A stretch of 63,588 nucleotides of DNA, counting the filler, from Actinomycetota bacterium (GTDB lineage: Bacteria; Actinomycetota; CADDZG01; JAHWKV01; JAOPZY01): NCBI GenBank assembly GCA_025963875.1. It is 5 parts of 5 records of this genome, joined end to end, with 100 filler letters (N's around TTAATTAATTAA, not from the genome) between each part and the next. Parts side by side here need not be neighbours in the genome. Positions count along the whole stretch, not along the records: positions 1 to 16,217 come from JAOPZY010000202.1; 4 more parts are not named here. One strand, written 5' to 3'. Positions 1 through 9,499 of this stretch are shown in pieces. Both the position numbers and the translations under genes were made by a program. The number at the start of each line of letters is the position of its first letter. Position 1 is the first letter of the stretch. The notes beneath the pieces are model-generated. The model ran no database searches. It worked only from the letters and a program-made list of their open reading frames with translations, and was not told the DNA's origin.

Positions 1-1925
1 AGGGCCGGGCCGGGGCTGATCGGCTTGGTCTGCCCGCTGGGCGGAGTCGTCGCCGCCAACGGCGGGATCATCTCGAGGACGCTGGCGTCCTGGTTGGTGT
101 ACAGCACCTTCGCGAGCGCGTTGTCCACGAGCTTCTGCCCGAGGCTGTACGCCCACCCGGTCGGGAGGGAGTCGAGGGCCTCGCCCGCCGCCTCCTGGCT
201 GCGCGTGATGATCAGGTACACGGGGTGGTCCCCGAGTCCCTGGTCGACCGCCAGGCTCACGAGCCCCCGCTCGTTGGGCGGGTCGGTGGTGTTCTGGACC
301 GACTCGTAGTCGAAGCTGTTGATGTCCTGGTAGCGCCAGGGGAGCTGCGGGAACAGCGAGATCAGCGTCGTCTTCCCGTGGCCGGGTGCCGCCGGCTGGG
401 CGTGGGCGTACAGGTACTTCACCGCGGCGAGGTCGGCGTTCGAGACGCGGTCGAAGCGCTCGTTGCCGTACCGGGCGACGAGCCAGGCGGGGGCGAACGC
501 CGCCGCCACCAGGCAGAAGCACAACGCCGGCACCGCCACCTTCTTCGGCTCGGTCGACGGCATGAACGCCATGGCCGCCAGCAGGGCGACGAACGGCATG
601 GCGAACAGGTACGCCCGCAGCAGGGCCTCGCCGCCGTAGCTCTGGACGGCGAGCACCGGGAAGGGCGCAAAGGCGAGGAGGAGCAGGCTCCAGTCGCCGT
701 AGCCGAGTTGCCGCCGCCGGATGGCGCCGACCAGGGCGATGGCGGCGATGACGCCCGCAAGGGCGATGCGGATCCCGAGCACGCTCAACCGCCCGGGGCT
801 GCCCTGGATACGCCCCGTCAGGCTGGTGCTGACGTTGGCGCCGAGGTGGCCGACGTCGCCGACGATCAGGTTGAGGTGGCCGGACCAGAACGCGATGGCC
901 CCCAGGCTGATCCAGGCCACCATCGTCACGGCGAGGATCAGGGGGAACCCCCGGAGGGTCGTCCGCCCGAAGATGAGGAGGGCGATCAGGCCGCCGAGCA
1001 AAAGGAACGGCGTCAGCTGGTGGCTGACGGTCATCGCCAGGAAGATGAGGGCGAGGATGGCGATCAGCGCACCCCGCTGGATCGGTGTGGAGCGCGCCCC
1101 TATCCGCTCCTCGCCCCGGCCCCCGAGCCTGGCCATCCACACCCCCATGAACCGCTCCCACCGGTTGCCCTTCCCGGGGTCGGGCATCGGGGGGCGGAAC
1201 CAGCGCAGGGCGACGGCGAGGAAGACGAGGAAGAGGAAGAAGTTGAACGCCTGGGGCGAGAAGTAGTCCTGACCGACCCAGCTGGCGAGGTAGAAGAAGC
1301 CGAGGCCCATCCACCAGGCCCGCTCGTTGCGGGTGACCGCCCGGAAGATGGCGTACAACGGGGGCAGGTACATGAGGTTGAAGGCGAGCGGTGCCCACCG
1401 CAGGAAGACCACCGGGCTGTGCAGGCCGGCGGCCTTGGAGAGGAAGGCTGCGAGAGCGAAGAAGCCCGGCCACGAGAAGCGGGCGTCGAGCGTGGGGATC
1501 GTGGCGCCGTGCTGGGCGATGTACTGCGCGAAGCCGGCGTGCAGCCACGATGTCGCGAACGACGCGTGGGGTTCGACCAGCGGACCGAGCCCGTCGAGCA
1601 ACGCGATCAGGCCGATGAGCTGGAAGGCGAGCAGCGGCCGGCGCAGCGGCCGCTGGCAGAGGGCGAAGCCGAAGCTGACGAGGATGAGGGCGACGGCGAC
1701 GAAGTACACCGGCCCGACGACCGACACGAGGCCCAGGTCGCCGAGGGCCGAGGAGTCCACCCGGAGCAGCGCCAGGACGCCCATGACGAGGGCCGCGAAC
1801 GTCATCAGCGCCATCTGCCCCGTGCTCAGCCCACCGCCGCGCCGGCTCGGAGCCGCGGGCGTCGCCAGGTTCAGGCTCGGCCCGGTGGTGCCGGGCTGGG
1901 TCCGGGGAAGCTTTTCTTCCGCCAT
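1..1925 (-). CDS. Polytopic membrane protein of actinobacterial polysaccharide clusters (putative GT-C-like glycosyltransferase/polymerase); 3' end runs off the window
   Basis: Read manually from ATG at 1925 (MAEEKLPRTQ...); many hydrophobic segments; motifs FATSWLHAGF, ARFSWPGFF, WVGQDYFSPQ; missing from the ORF track because there is no stop in the window. Confidence 0.7.
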   Translation of the reverse strand, partial: MAEEKLPRTQPGTTGPSLNLATPAAPSRRGGGLSTGQMALMTFAALVMGVLALLRVDSSALGDLGLVSVVGPVYFVAVALILVSFGFALCQRPLRRPLLAFQLIGLIALLDGLGPLVEPHASFATSWLHAGFAQYIAQHGATIPTLDARFSWPGFFALAAFLSKAAGLHSPVVFLRWAPLAFNLMYLPPLYAIFRAVTRNERAWWMGLGFFYLASWVGQDYFSPQAFNFFLFLVFLAVALRWFRPPMPDPGKGNRWERFMGVWMARLGGRGEERIGARSTPIQRGALIAILALIFLAMTVSHQLTPFLLLGGLIALLIFGRTTLRGFPLILAVTMVAWISLGAIAFWSGHLNLIVGDVGHLGANVSTSLTGRIQGSPGRLSVLGIRIALAGVIAAIALVGAIRRRQLGYGDWSLLLLAFAPFPVLAVQSYGGEALLRAYLFAMPFVALLAAMAFMPSTEPKKVAVPALCFCLVAAAFAPAWLVARYGNERFDRVSNADLAAVKYLYAHAQPAAPGHGKTTLISLFPQLPWRYQDINSFDYESVQNTTDPPNERGLVSLAVDQGLGDHPVYLIITRSQEAAGEALDSLPTGWAYSLGQKLVDNALAKVLYTNQDASVLEMIPPLAATTPPSGQTKPISPGPA

Positions 1926-1963
1926 AGTGGGCTCTCCGGTGGAGCTACGCCTGGCCATGGCCC

Positions 1964-3397
1964 TCACTCGGCCCCGGCTGCGACGGGCTCTTTGCGCCCC
2001 AGGATCTTGAAGATCGAGGGTAACAGGCAGAACGCCACCACGACCTGGCTCACGAGGTAGCCGAGGCCCACCCCGTCGATGCCGAACCGCCCCATGAGCC
2101 ACCAGGACAAGCCGGTGATCGACAGGAGGAGGACCGCCTGCCAGAAGGCGATCTGGCCGACCCGGCGCTCCACCCTGGACAGCGCGATGTACAGCGAGGT
2201 CACCGCCTTCGCCAGCACGGCGACCGCCAGCAGGCGTAGCAGGCCGGACCCGTGGACCGCGTAGGCGTGCCCGAAGACGCCAAGCACTCGGGGGGCGAAC
2301 AGGACGAGGACGGCCACGGCGGGCCCGATGATGGCCAGGATGCGGCGGATCACGGTCGCGGCGTGGTGGCGGAGCAGGGAGCGGTCCATCGCCCCTTCGA
2401 CCATGAGTGCGACCCCCAGGTTCACGGTGACGAGGTCGAGGGCGTAGATGATGAGGTAGGCGCTGGCGAAGTAGCCGGCCTCTGCCTTGCCCAGCCGGGC
2501 GAGGATCAGCACGGGCAGCAGCGTCCCCGTGGCCATGAAGAGCACGGTTCCGAGGTAGTCGCCGCCCATGAAGCGCCGGATCGATCGGACGCTCACCCCC
2601 ACTGGTTCAGTGGCGCTCGCCCGCATGTGGCGGGGCAGCAGCCGCCGGAAGATGAAGTAGTTGGTGGGGAACAGGGCGATGAACGCCGGCAGCGTGAACG
2701 AGGTGAAGATCCCGTAGTGCTGCGTGACGTGGGCCAGGGCCACGAGCATGCCGATCTTGACGACGCCGTAGAGCCCGTTCTCGACGGGGATCCACACCGC
2801 CTGGCGGATCCCGGTCAGCACCGCGTCCTGGAGGGCGAAGAGGCACCACACCGTGACGGAGGCGCCGAGGGCCGCTGCCAGGAGCCAGCTGTGACCGAGG
2901 ACTGCGGGGATGCGGTTGAAGAACCCCACGTGGATGTGGATGACGGCGATGTAGACGAGGCTCACGGCGACGCCGGCGCTGCCGGCCAGGAGGTAGGAGA
3001 AGAAGGCAAGGCGCCTGGACCCTCCGCCCGCCCGCGGGATGAACCTGGCGAGGGCGGCGGCGAAGGTCAGCTGGCCTCCGATGCCGGCGAGGAGCTGCAT
3101 CAGGCTGATGGCGGCGTTGCCGACGCCCACCTCGGCCGGCGAGTACAGCCGGGCGGCCAGGACCCAGTAGAGGAGGCCGAGCACGGACGTGGCCCCCACG
3201 TTGATGATCAGCGCGTAGCCGTTGCGCAGCAAGGGGTCGCGCCAGTCCTCCCGGAGGCGCCGCAGGGGCGCCAGTGCCAGGCTCACCGGGTCGCGGTGCG
3301 ACGGCAGCCTCATCGGCATCTTATCCGGCGCCTTGAGGGGCGCCTCGGGAGCCGGCGAGTCGACAGATGGAGTGCGGGCAGCCCAGCGGTTGGCCAT
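1964..3397 (-). CDS. Wzx/MATE-like polysaccharide flippase
   Basis: About 12 hydrophobic segments; LRNGYALIIN...LGLLYWVLAARLYSPAEVG N-terminus; glycosyltransferase neighbourhood. Confidence 0.8.
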   Translation of the reverse strand: MANRWAARTPSVDSPAPEAPLKAPDKMPMRLPSHRDPVSLALAPLRRLREDWRDPLLRNGYALIINVGATSVLGLLYWVLAARLYSPAEVGVGNAAISLMQLLAGIGGQLTFAAALARFIPRAGGGSRRLAFFSYLLAGSAGVAVSLVYIAVIHIHVGFFNRIPAVLGHSWLLAAALGASVTVWCLFALQDAVLTGIRQAVWIPVENGLYGVVKIGMLVALAHVTQHYGIFTSFTLPAFIALFPTNYFIFRRLLPRHMRASATEPVGVSVRSIRRFMGGDYLGTVLFMATGTLLPVLILARLGKAEAGYFASAYLIIYALDLVTVNLGVALMVEGAMDRSLLRHHAATVIRRILAIIGPAVAVLVLFAPRVLGVFGHAYAVHGSGLLRLLAVAVLAKAVTSLYIALSRVERRVGQIAFWQAVLLLSITGLSWWLMGRFGIDGVGLGYLVSQVVVAFCLLPSIFKILGRKEPVAAGAE

Positions 3398-3411
3398 TCG
3401 CTCACCCCTGC

Positions 3412-4701
3412 TCAGCTGGCCTTGCGGGCGGTGCGTGCCCAGCGCCGGCTACGGAGGTAGGCCAGGGGGCCCACGAGCGCCCCACCCATCTCGACGAGGG
3501 TGAGCTGCCGCGGGAACGTGGAGGTCTTCTTCTCGTTCTTCGGCGACGCGGGGTTGAGGAAGTAGGCCACGCCCCGGGGAGCCCGGCGAAGAACGTCCGC
3601 GCGGGTCTTCGGGTTCAGGAGGGCCTTGGTGAGCACGGCGGCAAGGCCCACGCCGTAGCCCCGGACCGCACGCCGGAGGTCGGCATACTCCCGGCGGTGG
3701 TGGTGCCGGACGAGCGAGCGCGGCTCGTAGACGAGCCGGTGACCGGCCAGGATGATCTGCAGGAAGGCGTCGATGTCCTCACCGCCGCAGGCCGGCGTGG
3801 CGGGGCCGAGGGCGGTGTCGAAGCCACCGATGCCCCGCAGCACCGCCGGGTCGAAGGCGGCGCTGGCCCCCGAGCCGAACTTGCCCACGGAGTAGGGGTA
3901 GAGCGGGTCGGGCTGCGCGTACTCCTCGAGGTCGAAGATCTTCTGCTCGTAGCCCTTGTCGAAACCACCGAACTCCTCGATCCATACCTGCGACTGCGTG
4001 TCGAGCTCGGCGGGCAGGATCATCCCGGTCACGCAGGCCACGCCAGGGGCTGCCTGGAAACCCAGCACGAGGCTGCGCAGCCACAGCCGGTCCACGAGCA
4101 CGTCGTCGTCGACGAAGGCCACCACGTCGCCTGCGGCGGCCCACAGGCCGCAGTTGCGGCCCGCCGAGGCGCCCGGCGTGGGCTCGAGGAGGTACCTGAC
4201 CCTCGGCTCGTCGCCGAAGCGCTCGGCCACCATCTCCCGTGTCGCCGGGGTCCGGGGGGCATTGTCCACGACGAGGATCTCGAAGGCGGGGTACTCCGCC
4301 CGCAGGATCGATTCGATGCAGGCACCGACAGGTCCGGGCCGCTCATGGGTGGAGATCACGACCGAGGCGAACGGGAAGGAGGCCTCGTCGTAGCGCTGGC
4401 AGGCGGCTGGGTGCTCCGATACCAAACCGGTCTCGGTCAGGCCGTCCGGCGTTCGGACGCCGTCGGCGGCCAGGTGGTCCACGATCGGCTGGCCCAGGCG
4501 CTCCCAGACCAGCCGTGCGACCTCGCCGGCCGGGATCGCGCCGCCGCGCAGGTCAAGCTGCAGGGTTCCGAGAGGACGGCCGTGCAGGCGCACCAGCACG
4601 AGCGCGGAGCCGTAGTCCTCTTCCCCGGCCAGCGCCTCGGGACCGATGCTCGCCAGCGCCTCGGAGATCTCGAGGTCAAGGACTCGAACGGGAGTCAACA
4701 T
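3412..4701 (-). CDS. Glycosyltransferase family 2
   Basis: SVVISTHERP, LVVDNAP, AFVDDD (DxD), GGEDID motifs. Confidence 0.9.
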   Translation of the reverse strand: MLTPVRVLDLEISEALASIGPEALAGEEDYGSALVLVRLHGRPLGTLQLDLRGGAIPAGEVARLVWERLGQPIVDHLAADGVRTPDGLTETGLVSEHPAACQRYDEASFPFASVVISTHERPGPVGACIESILRAEYPAFEILVVDNAPRTPATREMVAERFGDEPRVRYLLEPTPGASAGRNCGLWAAAGDVVAFVDDDVLVDRLWLRSLVLGFQAAPGVACVTGMILPAELDTQSQVWIEEFGGFDKGYEQKIFDLEEYAQPDPLYPYSVGKFGSGASAAFDPAVLRGIGGFDTALGPATPACGGEDIDAFLQIILAGHRLVYEPRSLVRHHHRREYADLRRAVRGYGVGLAAVLTKALLNPKTRADVLRRAPRGVAYFLNPASPKNEKKTSTFPRQLTLVEMGGALVGPLAYLRSRRWARTARKAS

Positions 4702-4965
4702 GAAACGACAGAGCACCTTTCAATCAGTTTTGTGATTCGATCACGTGCGGCAGCTGGGATCCGGCCCCCATAAGATGATGTCGGCACCCGAATGCCTGGT
4801 CTGAAGCGGGAAATGCCTCAGGATAGTCGGCCTACACTCTTCCTTTAAACTTTCCGTCCCGGATTGCCGAAGTAAGAAGTTGAAAAACGGTGTCGTCCCG
4901 CTCCAGGGTGAGGCGTGACGCCGACAGCCCGCCCAAGCCGGGGACCCAGGGGAGGTACATCGGAA

Positions 4966-5928
4966 ATGGCGTCAGAGCGCGTACGCTTCTCGGTGGTTAT
5001 CTGTGCGTACACCGAGCAGCGGTGGGACGAACTGCTCGGCGCGATCGAGTCGCTTCGGGTGCAGACCCACGCTGCTGACGAGGTCATCCTGGTCATCGAT
5101 CACAACACCCCGCTGGCGGAGCGTGTCTGGCGGGAGATCCCCGATATCACCTGTGTCGAGAACCACGGTCGCCAGGGGCTCTCCGACGCCCGCAACTCCG
5201 GACTGGCCGCCGCCCGGGGCGACATCGTCGCCTTTCTCGACGACGACGCCGAGGCGGAGCCCCAGTGGCTGTCGCTGCTCGCCGAGGGTTACGCCGATCC
5301 CGCCGTGGTGGCTGTCGGCGGGTACGCCGACCCCGCGTGGGCCGAGGGCCGCCCGGGATGGTTCCCCCGCGAGTTCGACTGGGTGGTCGGCTGCACCTAC
5401 CGGGGTATGCCCGAAGCCGCCTCGCCCGTGCGGAACCTCATCGGCTGCAACATGTCATTCCGCCGGGAGGTCTTCGAGGACCTCGGTGGGTTCACTGCCG
5501 GCATCGGGCGTCTCGGAACCCGTCCCGTGGGCTGCGAGGAGACCGAGCTGTGCATCCGGATCTCCCAGCGCCGTCCGGGGTCGGTCATCCTCTTCGACCC
5601 CAGGGCTGTGGTCCACCACCACGTCCCCGGCTCCCGCGGCACCTGGGCCTACTTCCGTTCCCGCTGCTATGCCGAGGGATTGTCCAAGGCAGCCGTCTCG
5701 GCACTGGTCGGTGCCGGCCAGGGGCTCGCCGATGAGCGCAGCTACACCACCCGGACGCTGCCGAAGGGCGTCGTGCAGGGCATCGCCGCCGGCGTGAAGG
5801 GCGATGCCGGAGGCTTCGGCAGGGCGGCCGCCATCGTCGCCGGGGTTGGCATCGCAACCGTGGGGTACGGCCTGGGACGCCTCTCGCCCCGCCGCTTCGT
5901 TCGAGCCGGGATGGTGCCGGCGGCGTGA
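4966..5928 (+). CDS. Glycosyltransferase family 2
   Basis: SVVICAYT, GLSDARN, AFLDDDA, GCNMSFRR, GCEETE motifs; GGAGG RBS before ATG 4966. Confidence 0.9.
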   Translation: MASERVRFSVVICAYTEQRWDELLGAIESLRVQTHAADEVILVIDHNTPLAERVWREIPDITCVENHGRQGLSDARNSGLAAARGDIVAFLDDDAEAEPQWLSLLAEGYADPAVVAVGGYADPAWAEGRPGWFPREFDWVVGCTYRGMPEAASPVRNLIGCNMSFRREVFEDLGGFTAGIGRLGTRPVGCEETELCIRISQRRPGSVILFDPRAVVHHHVPGSRGTWAYFRSRCYAEGLSKAAVSALVGAGQGLADERSYTTRTLPKGVVQGIAAGVKGDAGGFGRAAAIVAGVGIATVGYGLGRLSPRRFVRAGMVPAA

Positions 5929-6731
5929 GAGCCCTGCCCGTCCTCCTCTATCATTCGATCAGCGAAGCGGCGTCGTCCGGCGTGGCGCGGTTCGCGATCA
6001 CGCCGAAGGTCTTCGACGGCCACATGCGACACTTGGCGGAGGAGGGCTACTCCTCGATGACCGTGACCCAATTGCTGCCGGTGCTCGAAGGGCGGAGCGA
6101 CGTGCTGCCCGAGCGCCCGGTCCTCGTCACCTTCGACGACGGATTCCGCGACTTTCTGACCAACGCCCTGCCCGTCATGCAGCGCCACGGCATCGTCTCC
6201 ACCCTCTATGCCACGACCGGGTTCATGGGCGACGGCGAGGCGCCGGGCTCCAACCGCTCCGGCGACGAGATGCTGTCGTGGCGTGAGCTTGCGGAGGTGG
6301 CCCGCCAGGGCGTCGAGGTGGGGGGACACACCCACAGCCACCCGATGCTCGACACGCTGCCGCACGCCGCCGCCCGGGACGAGATCGTCCGGTGCAAGGA
6401 GCTGATCGAACAGCACACCGAGGCGGCGGTGGCCAGCTTCGCCTACCCCCACGGCTACTCGAGCGCCTGGATCCGCCGGGTGGTGGCCGAAGCCGGGTAC
6501 ACGTCCGCTTGCGCCGTGAAGAACGCCATGAGCCACACCGGCGATGACCGCTTCGCCATTGCCCGCCTCATGCTGGAGGCCACGCACACCCGGGACGACT
6601 TCCTCGGCATGCTCTCCGGCGAGGGCCTCCCGGTTGCCGGTTCGCGCGATCGGTGGAAGACCCGGGGGTGGCGCATCGCGCGGCGAGGGCTCGCCGCGGG
6701 CCACCGGCTCCGGGCGAGGACCGGACGGTGA
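5925..6731 (+). CDS. Polysaccharide deacetylase (NodB/CE4)
   Basis: LLYHSI, TFDDG, HTHSHP, FAYPHG motifs; GTGA overlap with upstream GT2. Confidence 0.9.
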   Translation: MRALPVLLYHSISEAASSGVARFAITPKVFDGHMRHLAEEGYSSMTVTQLLPVLEGRSDVLPERPVLVTFDDGFRDFLTNALPVMQRHGIVSTLYATTGFMGDGEAPGSNRSGDEMLSWRELAEVARQGVEVGGHTHSHPMLDTLPHAAARDEIVRCKELIEQHTEAAVASFAYPHGYSSAWIRRVVAEAGYTSACAVKNAMSHTGDDRFAIARLMLEATHTRDDFLGMLSGEGLPVAGSRDRWKTRGWRIARRGLAAGHRLRARTGR

Positions 6732-7195
6732 AGGAATTCGGCCGCGAGGGCGGCGAGAACAGCGAGAACGTGGACGAGGACCAGACACCGGCGCCCGTGG
6801 TCCTCGGCCCCCTCGGCGGGTACTGGCGCGTCGCCGTCATCGGCGGGCTGCTGGTGGCCACCCTCGCACTCCAAGCCCTTTCCGGTGTCGGAAGTCTTGA
6901 CGCGATCCGGGCCGGCGTGACGCTGGCCTTCATGGCGGCGGCGCCCGGTATGGCGCTCATGGGGCTGCTCCGGCTCGACGACCTCCTGCTCGAACTCAGC
7001 CTGGCGCTGGCCCTCAGCCTGGTCCTGGAGACGATCATCGCCATGGCCCTGCTCCTTCTCAGGCACTGGGTCCCTTCCCAGGGGCTGATCGCGCTCGAAG
7101 TCGTGACCGCGATCGGTGCACTTGCCCAGGCCAATCAGGTCACGAAGTTGAAGCAGCGAATCCACCACCCCGGCGCAGCCCCCGCCTCACCGTAG
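6728..7195 (+). CDS. Small membrane protein
   Basis: About 4 hydrophobic helices; GTGA coupling to the deacetylase stop. Confidence 0.6.
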   Translation: MKEFGREGGENSENVDEDQTPAPVVLGPLGGYWRVAVIGGLLVATLALQALSGVGSLDAIRAGVTLAFMAAAPGMALMGLLRLDDLLLELSLALALSLVLETIIAMALLLLRHWVPSQGLIALEVVTAIGALAQANQVTKLKQRIHHPGAAPASP

Positions 7196-7245
7196 CCCGA
7201 CCCATTTCCGCGACGCAGGCTTGACGCAGGCTTAAGGACAACGAC

Positions 7246-7494
7246 ATGGTCTCCTCGCTCACCAAAGACACCTACAGTTTCCTGGCGTCGCACCACTTCG
7301 TGGTGACCTCGGGGCGGATCGGTGGGCTGATCCTCGCCCTCCTGCTGCTCCTCCTCGTGGAGAAGGAGGTCACGCGGGCCGTCGTGCGCTCCCTGCCGTT
7401 GAGCACGGGTCGTGTTTTCGACACCGCCGCCATGCCGTTGCTGCTCACGTTCGCGGTCGTGGTCATCGAGCGGTTCCGCGCCCTGGGCTTTTGA
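7246..7494 (+). CDS. Small 2-TM membrane protein
   Basis: ATG with AAGGA RBS; two hydrophobic stretches; operon position. Confidence 0.55.
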   Translation: MVSSLTKDTYSFLASHHFVVTSGRIGGLILALLLLLLVEKEVTRAVVRSLPLSTGRVFDTAAMPLLLTFAVVVIERFRALGF

Positions 7495-7512
7495 GGGGTC
7501 GTTGAGCGACTC

Positions 7513-8337
7513 TTGAACGCAACCCGGCCCTGGCTGCAGGACAGGAAGAGCCCCCCGCAGGGGATCCGCTCCAGCGTGGAGCTCATCTACGTCGCGGCCT
7601 TCGTTGCCGTCGAGCTCCTGGGCCTCATCGACCCCCTCATCACGGCATTCGGCCAGGCCATCCTGGTGCTGGCGCTGATCAACCACTACATCCTTGCCGA
7701 GCGGGACCACCGCCAGCCGCTCCTGCTGGCCCTGGCCGTGGCCAGCCTTTACCGGCTCCTGGCGTTCACCCCCCTTCCGACCATCGACTTCACGAACCAT
7801 CTCGTCCTCGTCGGCGCCCCGATGCTGATCGCCACGATCCTGGCGCTCCGCCTCCTCCAGGGACCGGGCCTCCGAGCCGTCGGGGAGGCCCTCCGGCCGA
7901 ACATGCCGATCTGGCAGCTCCCCGTCGCCCTTTCGGGGATTCCCCTGTCGGTCGTCGCCTTCATGCTGCTGAAGCCGGGGTTTGTGGTCACGTTCTCCGG
8001 CGCCGGGCGCCATCCCGCCGCCGTCGCCGCCGCGGTCGTCGCGCTGGCCGTGTTCTCGGGCCTCGGCGAGGAGCTGCTCTTCCGGGTCCTCCTGCACAGC
8101 GCAGCGAGGACAAGTTTCGGCCCCGCCGCCCTCTATGTCAGCTCGGCCGTCTTCGGGGCCGCGTACTTCGGGACGCGCTCGATCCCCTTCGTGCTGTTCG
8201 TCGTGGCGGTCGGCGCCTTCTTCGGTTGGGTCTACGAGCGGACCGGATCGATCCTCGGCTCCGCCGTCGCGCACAGCCTCATCAGCATCGGCGTCTTCGT
8301 GGTCTGGCCGTCACTCGGGCACATCCCCCACCTATAA
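7513..8337 (+). CDS. CPBP (CAAX/Abi) family intramembrane protease-like protein
   Basis: GEELLFR motif, YERTGSILGSAVAHS; multiple TM helices; start uncertain. Confidence 0.8.
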   Translation: MNATRPWLQDRKSPPQGIRSSVELIYVAAFVAVELLGLIDPLITAFGQAILVLALINHYILAERDHRQPLLLALAVASLYRLLAFTPLPTIDFTNHLVLVGAPMLIATILALRLLQGPGLRAVGEALRPNMPIWQLPVALSGIPLSVVAFMLLKPGFVVTFSGAGRHPAAVAAAVVALAVFSGLGEELLFRVLLHSAARTSFGPAALYVSSAVFGAAYFGTRSIPFVLFVVAVGAFFGWVYERTGSILGSAVAHSLISIGVFVVWPSLGHIPHL

Positions 8338-8364
8338 GCGCTCCACAACATGGTTCTAGACATT

Positions 8365-8411
8365 TTTGTTTGTTTCGCCGCGACCGCGCTCTACGCGGTA
8401 AAACAAACAAA
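8365..8411. terminator. Intergenic inverted repeat between convergent genes (terminator/REP-like)
   Basis: TTTGTTTGTTT...ACCGCG-CTCTA-CGCGGT-AAAACAAACAAA. Confidence 0.5.
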
Positions 8412-8590
8412 GTCCATATGCCTGTGCCGGCCACCCACGAGGTATGGAATGGCGTGTGCCCCTACTGGTGGACTTGGAGATTAGGTTAGTCGCCTATCGC
8501 GCGTATCTGCGCGATCGCGGACTATCCACGTGGCCACCGGGTCTTCTGGGCGCGCGATGCCACCTTGATGGGGTATTTCACCCCAGAAGA

Positions 8591-9499
8591 TTAGTGATGG
8601 GTCCCCCCCACCGTCCGGGCGAAGCGCGCGCCCGGGTGGCGGGAGGCCAGGCCGGCGAGCTCCAGGCGGGAGAGGACCGCCGTCGCCGCCGAGGCCGGCA
8701 TGCCCGCCAGCCGGGCGATGCGGTCCAGCAGCATGGGCTCGGCCTGCAGGATCTCGAGGACACGGCGTTCGTCGGGAGAGAGCGGGGGCGTGGGGGCCGA
8801 GAGGGCGTCCTGCGTCCACGACGCGGCCGAGCGGGGGAAGGAGAGGCCGAGGTCCTCCAGGACGTCCCGGGCCGACGTGACAAGGCGAGCGCCGTCCCGT
8901 ACCAGGGCGTGCGGACCCTCGGAGCCCGAGGCGTGGACGGGGCCGGCGACGGCGAAGACCTCCCGGCCGTACTCCAATGCGAGGCGGGCGGTGATCATCG
9001 CTCCCCCGTCCTGGCGCGCCTCGACGATGACGACACCGAGGGACATCCCGGCGATGATGCGGTTGCGGGCCGGGAAGCGCCACGGGGCGGGGGTGGTGCC
9101 CGGCGGGTACTCGGACACGACGCTCCCCTGCTCGGCGATCTGGCCGTAGAGTGCGGCGTTGGAGCGGGGGTAGCAGACATCGACGCCGCTGCCCAGCACT
9201 GCAACCGTCGACCCGGTCGTCAGTGCCCCCCGGTGGGCAGCGGCGTCGATCCCTGCCGCCATCCCGCTCACCACGACCACGCCAGCTGCCGCCAGCTCGC
9301 GCCCTATCCACCTCGCGACCTCCAGCCCGTAGCGGGAGGCCCGCCGGGTGCCCACCACCCCGACGTACGCCGCCGGCTCCAGCGTCCTCCCGGACACCCA
9401 GAGCGCCGCGGGGGCGCCGGGCACCTCCGCCAGCAACGGCGGGTACCCCGCCGCCCCGCGCTTCACCAGCTGCGGCTCGGCACCTGTCACGCCTGCCAC
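8591..9499 (-). CDS. dprA: DNA-processing protein DprA
   Basis: VVGTRRAS, VSGMAAGIDAAAH, FPARNRIIAGMS, C-terminal winged helix; follows comM. Confidence 0.95.
   Translation of the reverse strand: MAGVTGAEPQLVKRGAAGYPPLLAEVPGAPAALWVSGRTLEPAAYVGVVGTRRASRYGLEVARWIGRELAAAGVVVVSGMAAGIDAAAHRGALTTGSTVAVLGSGVDVCYPRSNAALYGQIAEQGSVVSEYPPGTTPAPWRFPARNRIIAGMSLGVVIVEARQDGGAMITARLALEYGREVFAVAGPVHASGSEGPHALVRDGARLVTSARDVLEDLGLSFPRSAASWTQDALSAPTPPLSPDERRVLEILQAEPMLLDRIARLAGMPASAATAVLSRLELAGLASRHPGARFARTVGGTHH

Noticed and set aside
8444..8590. Possible xerC remnant (AYLRDRGLS) after dprA
   Set aside because: Too short, on the wrong strand for the usual order, and no other motifs
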